A DNA stretch of 39,143 nucleotides from Candidatus Halarchaeoplasma halalkaliphilum (GTDB lineage Archaea; Thermoplasmatota; Thermoplasmata; Halarchaeoplasmatales; Halarchaeoplasmataceae). Below the pieces are notes generated by a model that worked only from the letters and a program-made list of their open reading frames with translations, was not told the origin of the DNA and searched no databases. The stretch is from contig SLLU01000095.1 in the NCBI GenBank assembly GCA_007133925.1, forward strand, positions 1 to 39,143, in the 5' to 3' direction. The position numbers and the translations under genes were made by a program. Positions 1 through 9,742 of this stretch are shown here, piece after piece; position 1 is the first letter of the stretch, and every line of letters starts with the position of its first letter.

Positions 1-387
1 GTGGACACTGATGGTGAAGGCGTGGTTACTGTAAGTCCGGAAGGAACGGAGTTCGAAGAAGGAACCACCGTCACATTGACTGCGATTCCAACAGAGGGTT
101 GGACATTCGTCAGATGGGAAGGCGGAGCATCCGGAACCAGTGTGTCAACCAGTGTAACCATGGAAAACGACATAACTGTTACCGCAGTCTTTGAAAGGGA
201 CGATGAAAAACCCTCTGAATCCGGTTTCCTTGAAGACTACTGGTGGGTTCTTCTTATAATTATCATAGTGGTAGTAGTCCTGGTGATCCTGGTTGCCAAG
301 CAGGGAAAACAAGAGCCTGAGGATATATATGAAGAATCGGAAGACGAATATCTTGACGAGGACTTTGATGAGATGGATATGGCATGA
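1..387 (+). CDS. Cell-surface protein, C-terminal fragment (5' end lies upstream of window)
   Basis: The frame is open from base 1. It contains one InlB-B-repeat-like module (VTVSPEGTEFEEGTTVTLTAIPTEGWTFVRWEGG...ITVTAVFE), the same motif as the repeats in the 32815-37425 protein. A hydrophobic TM segment follows (WWVLLIIIIVVVVLVILVA), then a ~30-aa very acidic tail (EPEDIYEESEDEYLDEDFDEMDMA). Confidence 0.7.
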   Translation: MDTDGEGVVTVSPEGTEFEEGTTVTLTAIPTEGWTFVRWEGGASGTSVSTSVTMENDITVTAVFERDDEKPSESGFLEDYWWVLLIIIIVVVVLVILVAKQGKQEPEDIYEESEDEYLDEDFDEMDMA

Positions 388-445
388 TTGTATCGATACA
401 TGAACCACCGAAAATTTAAAGTCTTGATTCAAAATAGTACCGTCC

Positions 446-3076
446 ATGTCCCAACCCGGAATCGAAGAATTCATCGAAATGGAAAACAAATGGTTGAAGA
501 GATGGGAAAATAGCGATATATACAGCTTCGATACCGAATCTGACAAAGAGATTTTTTCGATAGATACCCCTCCTCCGACCATATCCGGAAGAATGCACAT
601 CGGTCATGCATTTTCGTATACTCAGATGGACATGATCGCCAGATACAAGAGGATGAGGGGCTACAACGTGTTCTATCCATGGGGTTTTGATGATAACGGA
701 ATTGCAACGGAGTTATATGTAAAAAACGAAACCGGTGTGGATCCCAAGGATGTGGGCAGGGAGAGATTCATAGAACTATGCTTGGAAGAAAGCAAAAAAC
801 TGGAAGACGATCTGCAAAGAAAATGGAAGAGGGTTGGGACCTTTCCGGATTACAGCATCTTCTATCGTACGATCGATGAGAGATCCCGTAAAACATCTCA
901 GAAATCGTTCATAGAACTGTACAAGCTGGGAAGGGAGTACCGAAAGGAGTCTCCAACGCTATGGTGCCCTCATTGTGAAACCGCCATATCCCAGGTTGAG
1001 ACCGATGACATAGAAAAGAAGGGTACGTTCAACAACATAACATTCGATCTTGTGGACGGAGAACAGTTCACTATATCGACCACCAGACCAGAACTTCTAT
1101 CCGCATGTGTTGCGGTATTCGTTCATCCCGATGATGAAAAAAACTCACATCTCGTAGGTAAAAGGGCCATCGTACCTCTATTCGACCATGAAGTACCGAT
1201 ACTGGAAGACGATAGGGTCGATATGGAGACAGGTACGGGCATAGTCATGTGCTGTACATTCGGGGATCAGATGGATATCGATTGGTGGTACTCACACGAC
1301 CTCCCACTACGGATAGCCATAGACGAAACCGGTCACATGACTGATAAATCCGGTGTATATTCCGGCTTGGATGTTTACGGGGCCAGGGAAAGAATCATCC
1401 AGGACCTTAAAAAAGCGAACAAACTGGGTAAACAGTGGAAAATTCTCCATTCTGTCAATGTACATGAAAGGTGTGATACGCCAATCGAGTTTCTTGTTAC
1501 CAAACAGTGGTTCATTAGATACATGGATCTGCGAGAGGATTATCTAAAAATCGGTGAAAAACTTAACTGGTATCCGGAACACATGAAGGTGCGGTATGAT
1601 AACTGGGTCAAGTCCCTGAAGTGGGATTGGTGTATATCTCGACAGAGATACCATGGGATCCCATTTCCCGTTTGGTACTGTAAAAATTGCGGGGAGGTAA
1701 AACTCGCTGAAGACCAGCAGCTGCCGGTGAATCCTCTGGTTGATGAGCCCTTGGGAGTGTGTGAGAATTGTGGATCCCACGAGTTCGACCCAGAGCATGA
1801 TGTTCTTGACACCTGGGCCACATCCTCCTTAACACCTTTGATAGCAACGGGATGGATAGATGACTCCGAACTGTACCACAAGGTATTCCCCTTCAGTCTC
1901 AGACCCCAATCCCACGATATAATCAGTTTCTGGGCATTCAACACCATCGTTAAAAGTCTGTTTCATACCAATGAAAAACCATGGGATAACATCATGATCC
2001 ATGGGTATCTGATGCTACCCGGGGGAAAGGCCTTTTCTTCGTCAAGGGGCGTAATAATCGATCCGGAGGAAGTTGCGGAAGAATTCGGGGCGGATGCGAT
2101 AAGGTACCTAAGCGGCTCCAATAAACCGGGTGAAGACGCAGAGTTCGAAAAGAAATGGTTGAAACGTGGTCAGAAGATAAGAACAAAGTTCTGGAATATT
2201 CAGCAGTTCATAGGCAATTCCGTTAAAGATAAAATCAAGGATGCACCAAAACTGAGAACGGTTGATAAGTGGCTTCTTAGCAAATACAGCCAGGTGGTGA
2301 AAAACGCAACGGAGTACATGGATGGTTATAGGTATGATAAGGCCCTTCAGGAAGTGGAATATTTCATGTGGCATGTACTGGCCGACCATTACATAGAGAT
2401 GATAAAACATCGTATCTACAACGAGGATGATGTTGCGGTAAAATACACGTTGTTCAACGTTGGACTGGGCATAACAAAATTATTGGCGCCCGTGATGTGC
2501 TTTGTTACTGAGGAGGTCTATCATAGATTCTACTTGGAAAGTGAGGGCGAAAAGAGCATACATTTGTCTCCATGGCCTGAACCAAAATGGGATGATCCCA
2601 AGGCCGAGATACATGGGGACATGGTTCGTGATGTGATCCAGGCCGTAAGGCGCTGGAAAAGCGAAAACGGCATAGCACTGAGTGCGGAAATCCCCCCCCT
2701 GGAAGTGGTGGCCCCCACAACTTCCATAATGCATGCACTCCAACAATCAGCAGATGATATACTAAACACCGTAAAAACTCCCGAAATTCGGTTCGTTCCC
2801 TCAGAAGAAGTTACTGAGGAAATCGCCTCTGTCAAACCGGTGTATTCCCGTTTGGGCCCGAAGTTCAAAAGCGATGCACCAAAACTTTACGCTGAATTGA
2901 AAAGTATCGACCCATCTAGCATCTCGTTTCCTTTTGAAATGAACATTGAAGGAAGCAAGGTAGTACTTCATGAGGAAGATGTGGAATTGGAGACGGTGAC
3001 CAAAGTTCACGGGCGAGAGGTGGACATACTGGATGCAGGGGAATTCACCGTGCTGATGCCTCGATCTCAATCATAA
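446..3076 (+). CDS. valS: Valyl-tRNA synthetase (class I aaRS)
   Basis: 876 aa. The N-terminal PPPTISGRMHIGH (HIGH motif) followed by ARYKRMRGYNVFYPWGFDDNG, and WCPHCETAIS, match the archaeal ValRS pattern. The size fits ValRS rather than IleRS or LeuRS. The KMSKS position reads GKAFSSSRG (see findings). A TATA-like AAATTTAAAG about 30 nt upstream suggests a near-leaderless transcript. Confidence 0.85.
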   Translation: MSQPGIEEFIEMENKWLKRWENSDIYSFDTESDKEIFSIDTPPPTISGRMHIGHAFSYTQMDMIARYKRMRGYNVFYPWGFDDNGIATELYVKNETGVDPKDVGRERFIELCLEESKKLEDDLQRKWKRVGTFPDYSIFYRTIDERSRKTSQKSFIELYKLGREYRKESPTLWCPHCETAISQVETDDIEKKGTFNNITFDLVDGEQFTISTTRPELLSACVAVFVHPDDEKNSHLVGKRAIVPLFDHEVPILEDDRVDMETGTGIVMCCTFGDQMDIDWWYSHDLPLRIAIDETGHMTDKSGVYSGLDVYGARERIIQDLKKANKLGKQWKILHSVNVHERCDTPIEFLVTKQWFIRYMDLREDYLKIGEKLNWYPEHMKVRYDNWVKSLKWDWCISRQRYHGIPFPVWYCKNCGEVKLAEDQQLPVNPLVDEPLGVCENCGSHEFDPEHDVLDTWATSSLTPLIATGWIDDSELYHKVFPFSLRPQSHDIISFWAFNTIVKSLFHTNEKPWDNIMIHGYLMLPGGKAFSSSRGVIIDPEEVAEEFGADAIRYLSGSNKPGEDAEFEKKWLKRGQKIRTKFWNIQQFIGNSVKDKIKDAPKLRTVDKWLLSKYSQVVKNATEYMDGYRYDKALQEVEYFMWHVLADHYIEMIKHRIYNEDDVAVKYTLFNVGLGITKLLAPVMCFVTEEVYHRFYLESEGEKSIHLSPWPEPKWDDPKAEIHGDMVRDVIQAVRRWKSENGIALSAEIPPLEVVAPTTSIMHALQQSADDILNTVKTPEIRFVPSEEVTEEIASVKPVYSRLGPKFKSDAPKLYAELKSIDPSSISFPFEMNIEGSKVVLHEEDVELETVTKVHGREVDILDAGEFTVLMPRSQS

Positions 3077-3333
3077 ACATTCGCTATTACCTGCAGGTCC
3101 CTGACAATCTGAACAGATACCATTTTGGGAATGATCCCTGCATATCATCCTACCACAGAGGCTACAGGATAACACGGCCGGTTCTCCACACACATGACAT
3201 AAACCAATCAATTTCATGTCAAACACCTTTTTTCAAAGAGTATGTCTCACATATAAATCTATTTCTCCATAATGTTTTTGAACTCCAAAATCATTATATG
3301 CTTCCTGGTTCTACCCTTCAATTGTTGATAACC

Positions 3334-4578
3334 ATGGTAGATTACAACCACATATTCTCGAAAAGGGCCCAGGGAATGAAGGCATCTGAAATACGCGAGC
3401 TTTTGAAACTCACACAACGGCCAGGGATAATATCCTTCGCCGGAGGACTTCCGAATCCGGATGCCTTTCCCAAGGAAACAACTCTGAAGATAGTGAACGA
3501 GTTGTTGAACGAGATACCGGAAAAGGTCCTTCAGTACGGATCCACAGAGGGTGTTCCCGAACTGAGAAAGGCGCTTGCCGAGAATATGGCAAAAAGGGGG
3601 ATGAAGGTCGAGCTCAATCAGATCATGATAACCCATGGATCACAGCAGGCGCTGGACCTACTGAGCAGAGTTCTTCTTGATCCCGGTGATACCATCGTAG
3701 TGGGTTCACCGACTTACCTCGGGGCCACGGGTGCTTTCAGGGCCTTCCAGGCCAGGATGGAAACAGTTCCCGTTGGAGAGGACGGGATGGATATGGATGC
3801 TTTGGATAAAAAGTTGAACGAGCTGGATAAAGAGGGAAAAAAGCCAAAGTTCGTTTACACCGTACCCACATTCCAGAACCCCTCTGGAGTCACCATACCC
3901 GGAGAGAACAGAAAGCGATTACTTGAAATCTGTTCTAAATATGATGTATTGATAGTGGAGGACTCACCATACTCATACCTCCGATATGAAGGGGAACCCC
4001 AGCCGCATTTACTCTCATTGGATACCGAGGACCGGGTGTTGAGGCTGCAGACGTTCTCAAAGATCCTGGCACCTGGTTTCAGGATAGCATGGGCCGTTGG
4101 TCCCGCCCAGCTCATCGATAAGATGGTCATAGCCAAACAGGCGGGGGACCTGTGCAGCAACCCATTCGGACAGTATGTTGCATGGAAGTACATCGCATCA
4201 GGTGCTCTGGACGAACACCTGGAATACATCAAGGAACTGTACAACGAAAAGCGACTCACCATGCTGGAGGCCATGGAACAGCATTTCCCCCCGGAGGCGA
4301 AGTGGAATAAACCCATGGGCGGCATGTTCGTTTGGGTCAAGTTGCCCGAGTACATTAACACCCGGGAGATGTTCGAAAAAGCCCTCCAGCAAAATGTGGC
4401 CTATGTTGTGGGAGATGCCTTTTACGTGGAAAACGAGGGATACAACACCATGCGGTTGAATTTCTCCCATTCATCTGAAGAGGAGATAAAGGAAGGCATC
4501 AAACGTCTGGGAGAGGTCATAAAACAGGAGATCGCGGAGAAAAAGGGGAAGATCACCGAGACAATAATAACTCCTTAA
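3334..4578 (+). CDS. PLP-dependent aminotransferase, class I/II (2-aminoadipate/aromatic, ARO8/LysN-like)
   Basis: Motifs: MKASEIRELLKL...ISFAGGLPNPDAFP near the N-terminus, and TFSKILAPGFRIAW (PLP-lysine motif). The ORF opens at 3298, but ATG 3334 (MVDYNHIFSKRA) sits about 35-40 nt downstream of a TATA-like TCATTATATGC and fits family N-termini better. Confidence 0.8.
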   Translation: MVDYNHIFSKRAQGMKASEIRELLKLTQRPGIISFAGGLPNPDAFPKETTLKIVNELLNEIPEKVLQYGSTEGVPELRKALAENMAKRGMKVELNQIMITHGSQQALDLLSRVLLDPGDTIVVGSPTYLGATGAFRAFQARMETVPVGEDGMDMDALDKKLNELDKEGKKPKFVYTVPTFQNPSGVTIPGENRKRLLEICSKYDVLIVEDSPYSYLRYEGEPQPHLLSLDTEDRVLRLQTFSKILAPGFRIAWAVGPAQLIDKMVIAKQAGDLCSNPFGQYVAWKYIASGALDEHLEYIKELYNEKRLTMLEAMEQHFPPEAKWNKPMGGMFVWVKLPEYINTREMFEKALQQNVAYVVGDAFYVENEGYNTMRLNFSHSSEEEIKEGIKRLGEVIKQEIAEKKGKITETIITP

Positions 4579-4661
4579 TATAACTCATCCCCACGGATCG
4601 AACTAAAAGGGGTAGCGTTGATGACAGTAACCTTAATAATCAACCTGAACATTGTGGTTTT

Positions 4662-4685
4662 ACCGGTAGATATACCGGTAGATAT
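4662..4685. repeat. Perfect tandem duplication of 12 nt (ACCGGTAGATAT x2) in the polC upstream region
   Basis: Read directly: ttt-ACCGGTAGATAT-ACCGGTAGATAT-cac. Each unit carries a TATA-like GATATA and the palindrome ACCGGT. It lies about 48-70 nt upstream of the polC ATG (4733). Confidence 0.8.
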
Positions 4686-4732
4686 CACATGGGATCGCAC
4701 AAGGGATGGGATGTCCATGGGAGGATAGTAAT

Positions 4733-7700
4733 ATGACAAAATTGGCATATTCAGAACGGATGGAACGCTATTTCAGATCATTGGATGAAGAAGCTAGAAA
4801 ATGTTATAAGGTCGCAGAGGGTGCAAGGGCAAAGGGATTTGATCCGGAAACAGATGTTGAAATCCCCATGGCTGAGGACTTGGCCTTGAGGGCGCAGGAA
4901 CTTACTGGTATAGAAAATACCGCCGATAAGATCCGGGAGTTGAGTGAAATCCACGAGAGTAGGGAAGTGGTGTCCATCTTGATAGCCAAGGAAGTAGCCT
5001 CAAGAAAAACCGGCTCGGTGAATGAGAGACTGGAGAATGCAGTTCGGATAGGCTTGGCAGTACTCACCGAAGGAATCCTTGTGGCGCCCCTGGAAGGTAT
5101 AGGCAAGCTGGATATAAAGACCAACTCAGATGGTACGGATTACGCGGAGATATCTTTCGCAGGACCCATTCGTTCCGCAGGAGGTACAGGACAGGCCATG
5201 AGCGTCCTAATAGCGGATATCGTTCGTCGCGAACTGGGCATAGGTGCCTTCAAGGCTACCCCGGACGAGATACAGCGTTTCAAGGAAGAGGTGCCCCTGT
5301 ACAAAAAGGCAAGGAGCCTTCAATATACTCCCTCTGCCCAGGAGATAGAGATCATCATAAAAGGATGTCCCGTGAGCATAAGCGGTGAAGGCACGGAGAA
5401 GGAAGAGGTATCGGGTAATCGGGATCTCCCCCGGGTTGAGACCAACAGGATCAGGGGCGGAGCATGTCTTGTGATCGCCGAGGGTATGTGCTTAAAGGCC
5501 CAGAAGATAAAAAAGCATGTGGATAAACTGGATATAGAGGGCTGGGATTTTCTTGAAGATTACATAGATAACTATGCCAGTGCCAAGGAAGATAAAGGGG
5601 AAAAAGAGAAAGGCATATCTCCCAACTTCAAGTACATTAAGGAAACCATCGCGGGTCGTCCTGTATTCGGCCACCCTTCTGTCAAAGGCGGTCTTCGTTT
5701 GAGGTATGGTCGGGGTCGGACACTGGGATTAGCATCTATCGCAGTCAACCCCGCCACCATGTACATCTCTGGAGAGTTCATGGCCTTGGGTACACAAGTA
5801 AAGGTGGAACGGCCCGGAAAGGCCGGTGCCATCACACCCTGTGATACCATCGAGGGGCCTACAGTTTTGTTGAAAGACGGAAGTGTGTTGAAAGTGAACA
5901 CCGGCCAGGAGGCACGGGATCTGAAGGACAAGGTAAAGGAAATAATCGACATGGGCGAGATACTGATCCCCTACGGAGAATTCCTTGAAAACAACCATCC
6001 TTTGGTACCCGGGGCATATTGCCACGAATGGTGGGTTCAGGAAGCGGATATGGATCTGGATGAAGATGATATATCCCATGAAAAGGCGGTCGAACTTTCT
6101 CTCAAGGGTAAACCACTCCATCCAAAATACGTTTATTTTTGGGACTACAGCGATATCGAAAGTATTTCCTCCCTCAGGGATCACATATCTGCAAATGGGA
6201 AGATCGACGGGAAACTACAGATAGATCTGGACCGGGAGGTGAAAAAGATAATGGAGGACATAGGGATCCCCCATGTTCTCGAAAAAGATAGCATAGTAGT
6301 TGAGGAATACGCGCCCCTTCTTTTTTCCTTGGGTATCGACGTGGAGTCCATGGCGAAGAAGGGAGAAAGCAACGCTGCTGACCCCTTTGCCTATGTTTCC
6401 GAACTAGCGGGTGTTCCAATAAGGAGCAAAGGCCCCACCCCCATCGGTTCTCGTATGGCCCGGCCTGAAAAGGCAAAGGAACGCAAGATGGACCCACCGG
6501 TACATTCTCTTTTTCCAGTTGCGGATGCCGGAGGATCTCAACGACTCATACCCGAGGCCGCCCAGAAAAAGGTCATAGAGGTGGTAGTCAGTGCCCGTGA
6601 GTGCACGCGCTGCGGTAAGAAAGGAGCACAGATAAGGTGTACATGCGGGGGCCGTACCGATATAATAGATGAGCCCCGGTTGCAGAGGATACCCTTGCAA
6701 AACATGTATCGTCATGCCCTGTCAAACCTTAAGATCGGTGGGAACATAACCCGGATAAAAGGGGTGAAGGGCATGATGAACAAAACCAAAACACCGGAGG
6801 CCCTGGAAAAGGGGATACTAAGGGCAAAACACGACGTTTATGTGTTCAAGGACGGTACCACTAGATATGATATGACCGATCTTCCGGTGACCCATTTCAA
6901 ACCAGGGGAGATCGGATTATCCCTGGAGAAGGCAAGAGAATTGGGTTACACTACTGATGCGAAAGGTGAGGAACTGTGCCGTGAAGATCAGGTGGTGGAA
7001 CTCATGGTCCAGGATTTCATAGCTTCCGCAGACGCCGGACCTTATCTGGTAAAGGTAACTAAATTCGTTGATGAGCTTTTAGAGAAATATTACGGTATGG
7101 AACCCTACTACAACGCCGGGAGTTCCGAGGATCTCATAGGCCATCTGGTGGTCGGACTGGCACCTCATACATCCGGTGGAGTGTTGGGAAGACTCATAGG
7201 GTTCAACAAGGGAAAGGCGGGTTATGCCCATCCCTTCTTTCACGCTGCCAAGAGAAGAAATTGCGATGGTGACGAGGACTGCGTGATGCTGCTCCTGGAC
7301 GGCCTGCTGAACTTCTCTCAGAACTTTTTACAAGAGAAGAGGGGTGGTAAGATGGACGTCCCACTTGTACTCACAACCCGTATCAATCCTGATGAGATCG
7401 ACAAGGAAGCACACAATGTGGATACCATGTGGCGTTATCCTCTGGAGTTCTATCTCAAAGCGATGGAGTACGCAGATCCAAAGGAAGTCCTTGAAATAAT
7501 GGATATTGTGGAAAAACGGCTTGGGACTCCGGGGCAGTACGAAGGATTCGGATATACCCATGACACAACGGATATTTCCGAAGGCCCCAAGAGCAGCAAC
7601 TACACGAGATTGGGTAAGATGACCGAAAAAATGGAGGCCCAGATCCGGGTTGCCAAGATCATAAGGGCCGTGGATGAGAACGATGTTGTCTCTCGGGTCA

Positions 7701-8011
7701 TACAGGATCATTTCATCCCAGACATAATGGGTAATTTCAACAAGTTCTGCCTCCAGAAGATCAGGTGTACCAAATGTAACAAGAAATACAGGCGACCGCC
7801 ACTGAGTGAAAAATGTGTTTGCGGTGGAAATCTGACCCTGACAATACACCGGGCAGGGGTGAAGAAGTACCTAGATACCTCATTGAAGATGATAGAGAGA
7901 TTCGAACTATCTGATTACCTCTCTCAAAGGGTAAAACAGGTGAGTGACCAGATGGATTCACTCTTCGAAAATGACAAGGTATCCACTCCGAGCCTGGAAG
8001 AGTTCATGTGA
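4733..8011 (+). CDS. polC: DNA polymerase II (PolD) large subunit DP2
   Basis: About 1090 aa. The N-terminus (MERYFRSLDEEARKCYKVAEGARAKGFDPETDVEIPMAEDLA) is typical of DP2. There are two Cys4 zinc modules (CTRCGKK...CTCGG and CTKCNKK...CVCGG), and the size gives no sign of an intein. Start chosen at ATG 4733 because GGGAGGA lies 7 nt upstream; the ORF opens at 4706. Confidence 0.9.
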   Translation: MTKLAYSERMERYFRSLDEEARKCYKVAEGARAKGFDPETDVEIPMAEDLALRAQELTGIENTADKIRELSEIHESREVVSILIAKEVASRKTGSVNERLENAVRIGLAVLTEGILVAPLEGIGKLDIKTNSDGTDYAEISFAGPIRSAGGTGQAMSVLIADIVRRELGIGAFKATPDEIQRFKEEVPLYKKARSLQYTPSAQEIEIIIKGCPVSISGEGTEKEEVSGNRDLPRVETNRIRGGACLVIAEGMCLKAQKIKKHVDKLDIEGWDFLEDYIDNYASAKEDKGEKEKGISPNFKYIKETIAGRPVFGHPSVKGGLRLRYGRGRTLGLASIAVNPATMYISGEFMALGTQVKVERPGKAGAITPCDTIEGPTVLLKDGSVLKVNTGQEARDLKDKVKEIIDMGEILIPYGEFLENNHPLVPGAYCHEWWVQEADMDLDEDDISHEKAVELSLKGKPLHPKYVYFWDYSDIESISSLRDHISANGKIDGKLQIDLDREVKKIMEDIGIPHVLEKDSIVVEEYAPLLFSLGIDVESMAKKGESNAADPFAYVSELAGVPIRSKGPTPIGSRMARPEKAKERKMDPPVHSLFPVADAGGSQRLIPEAAQKKVIEVVVSARECTRCGKKGAQIRCTCGGRTDIIDEPRLQRIPLQNMYRHALSNLKIGGNITRIKGVKGMMNKTKTPEALEKGILRAKHDVYVFKDGTTRYDMTDLPVTHFKPGEIGLSLEKARELGYTTDAKGEELCREDQVVELMVQDFIASADAGPYLVKVTKFVDELLEKYYGMEPYYNAGSSEDLIGHLVVGLAPHTSGGVLGRLIGFNKGKAGYAHPFFHAAKRRNCDGDEDCVMLLLDGLLNFSQNFLQEKRGGKMDVPLVLTTRINPDEIDKEAHNVDTMWRYPLEFYLKAMEYADPKEVLEIMDIVEKRLGTPGQYEGFGYTHDTTDISEGPKSSNYTRLGKMTEKMEAQIRVAKIIRAVDENDVVSRVIQDHFIPDIMGNFNKFCLQKIRCTKCNKKYRRPPLSEKCVCGGNLTLTIHRAGVKKYLDTSLKMIERFELSDYLSQRVKQVSDQMDSLFENDKVSTPSLEEFM

Positions 8012-8013
8012 AC

Positions 8014-9033
8014 CTATCCGAATGAAAAGAGATCTGATTGCTTTTCCCTTCTCACGGATCCTGCCACATTCTCTATTAAATCAACCACCCGATCTTCGGT
8101 GAAATCCCTCTCGCCACAGAGGAACTCAACGATCCCGTCGGTATCGGGTTCACCGAATTTCAGTTCGTAGTTGTCGGTGACCTTCGGCTCCAGAAAGAGT
8201 TTCTTTATCTCGTCATGGTTACCGATGGATGCACCTTCTTTCTCCAGAATAGTTTCCAAAGATCCCATTTCCTTTACCTTTTTTAGTCCTCTTTTCGGTC
8301 CTATCCCCTTAACACCTTCGTTGTAATCCGTGCCACATAGAAGGGCTATATCCACCAGCTGCTCACGGGTGATACCAAGATCTTCCAGGACCTCATCAAG
8401 TATCATTATCTCTGGTGTTATCTCCCTATATTCATTCCGTCCGGGCATCTTCCTTTTGCCGGTAACTGTCAGATTCCTTACCAATCTGGGTGCACCGCAT
8501 AATAGTGAATCGAAGTCCTGGCTGCCCACCGCCCATGCATCTCCGTTGATGACCATGTGAGATGCTTGGGCCTCCCCTTCGGCTGGGGCCTGAACCCACG
8601 GTATCCCCATGAGTTCCAGCAATCTCTTTGAGTCCATGATTATCTCCTTGCTCATCCTGGAGGTTTGCTGGGCTTTGGTGCGTGCCTTTTCAAGATCACC
8701 TTCCCTCAAGGCCTTCTCGTGCTCCTTTTCCGCTTGGATCTTCCTCATCTTCCGCTTTTCAAGGGTCCCTTCTTTCATGGTGTCCGGTTCTCCGTCCAAC
8801 ACATAAACTGGTCTGATCCCTTCTTTTAAAAAATTCGCGTTGCGGTAGAGGAGACCAGATAGGTGAGATGTTACGTTACCCTTGGAATCCATTAGAGGTT
8901 TGCCGTCTCTCTGTCTGATACTGGCCAGGAATTGATATATTATGTTGTAACCATCCATGGCGATCCGTTTTCCACCCAGATCTTCCAAGGCTATCTCCTG
9001 TGAAAACAATATTTTACCGATGGCAACGCCCAT
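8014..9033 (-). CDS. fen: Flap endonuclease 1
   Basis: 339 aa. The N-terminus is MGVAIGKIL...LGGKRIAMDGYNIIYQFLASIRQRDGKPLMDSKGNVTSHLSGLLYR (XPG-N), with XPG-I/H3TH (GTDYNEGVKGIGPKRGLK) and a C-terminal PIP-like QSDLFSFG. AGGTGA lies 6 nt upstream of the ATG and overlaps the stop of the upstream KaiC-like gene. Confidence 0.92.
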   Translation of the reverse strand: MGVAIGKILFSQEIALEDLGGKRIAMDGYNIIYQFLASIRQRDGKPLMDSKGNVTSHLSGLLYRNANFLKEGIRPVYVLDGEPDTMKEGTLEKRKMRKIQAEKEHEKALREGDLEKARTKAQQTSRMSKEIIMDSKRLLELMGIPWVQAPAEGEAQASHMVINGDAWAVGSQDFDSLLCGAPRLVRNLTVTGKRKMPGRNEYREITPEIMILDEVLEDLGITREQLVDIALLCGTDYNEGVKGIGPKRGLKKVKEMGSLETILEKEGASIGNHDEIKKLFLEPKVTDNYELKFGEPDTDGIVEFLCGERDFTEDRVVDLIENVAGSVRREKQSDLFSFG

Positions 9034-9043
9034 GAATATTCAC

Positions 9044-9736
9044 CTAGAAAACCGCCCCTTCGGTATGTACCTTTATGCCTCTGTCCGTGATCTCGTAGGG
9101 CTTTATCGATCTTGAATGCTCGATGCGTCTCATCTTGATGATCTGTATGCTCATCTGATCTTCCTGCTTTTCATAGTCATATCTGAGCAGTATAACACCG
9201 TCAACGGTGTACTCCACAAGACCGTCCCTTGAGCTGTTTCGATTGTCATCTTTTACCTCGGCGGTCAGCAATGTGGTGGCACCGGTATCCTTGATCATAG
9301 TACAGAGTCCGAACAGGCGTTCTCTCTTTTCCCGTGGATTATCCGAGAGCATGTTGAGTAGTGATACTGAATCTATAGCGATACGCTGTGCTCCGAATTT
9401 TTTTATGAAATTCGGTAGTTCACTATTCAGCTTGTTTATGGTGGCATCCGCATCGCCTGGGCTGAGCTTTTCAATTACTATTTCCTCAGACTCGATGTAC
9501 TTTGTCAGATCCCAACCATATGCTCCGGCGGTTTTCACCATGGCATCTCGGTCTTCCTCCAGAGAGATGAAAACGCATTTTTCCCCCTTTTCAAGACCTT
9601 CCCAAAGATACTGGAGGGCAAAAGAAGTCTTACCCGTACCGAAAGACCCCATTACCGTGAACACATGGCCCTTGGGAACTCCCCCGTTCAACATGGTGTC
9701 CAGACCAGCTATACCTGTGGTCACTCTTTCTATCAT
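9044..9736 (-). CDS. KaiC-like / RecA-superfamily ATPase (single domain, intact P-loop)
   Basis: 230 aa. The sequence TGIAGLDTMLNGGVPKGHVFTVMGSFGTGKTSFALQYLWEG...CVFISLEED carries Walker A GSFGTGKT and a Walker B-like RIAIDSV. It shows the KaiC-family signature (PF06745-like) rather than the RadB pattern. Confidence 0.8.
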   Translation of the reverse strand: MIERVTTGIAGLDTMLNGGVPKGHVFTVMGSFGTGKTSFALQYLWEGLEKGEKCVFISLEEDRDAMVKTAGAYGWDLTKYIESEEIVIEKLSPGDADATINKLNSELPNFIKKFGAQRIAIDSVSLLNMLSDNPREKRERLFGLCTMIKDTGATTLLTAEVKDDNRNSSRDGLVEYTVDGVILLRYDYEKQEDQMSIQIIKMRRIEHSRSIKPYEITDRGIKVHTEGAVF

Positions 9737-9742
9737 CTTATA

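Noticed and set aside
4606-4660. Possible C/D-box sRNA (TGATGA followed by CTGA). A similar ATGATGA lies on the minus strand near 10668-10676.
   Set aside because: The spacing between the C-like and D-like boxes is wrong: about 20 nt instead of about 12 nt to D'. No C'/D pair or terminal stem could be found, so these look like chance matches to short motifs.
4733-8011. Intein or other insertion in PolD DP2 (also considered for glmS, valS and leuS)
   Set aside because: All four proteins have lengths typical of intein-free versions. I saw no Cys/Ser...His-Asn-Cys/Ser/Thr splice-junction blocks or homing-endonuclease (LAGLIDADG) motifs.
9044-9736. The 230-aa KaiC-like ATPase as ArlH (archaellum) or RadB
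   Set aside because: No archaellin or arlI/arlJ genes are adjacent. The ISLEE... block following the P-loop is KaiC-like rather than the RadB pattern. The context is fen and polC. I keep only the generic KaiC-like call.
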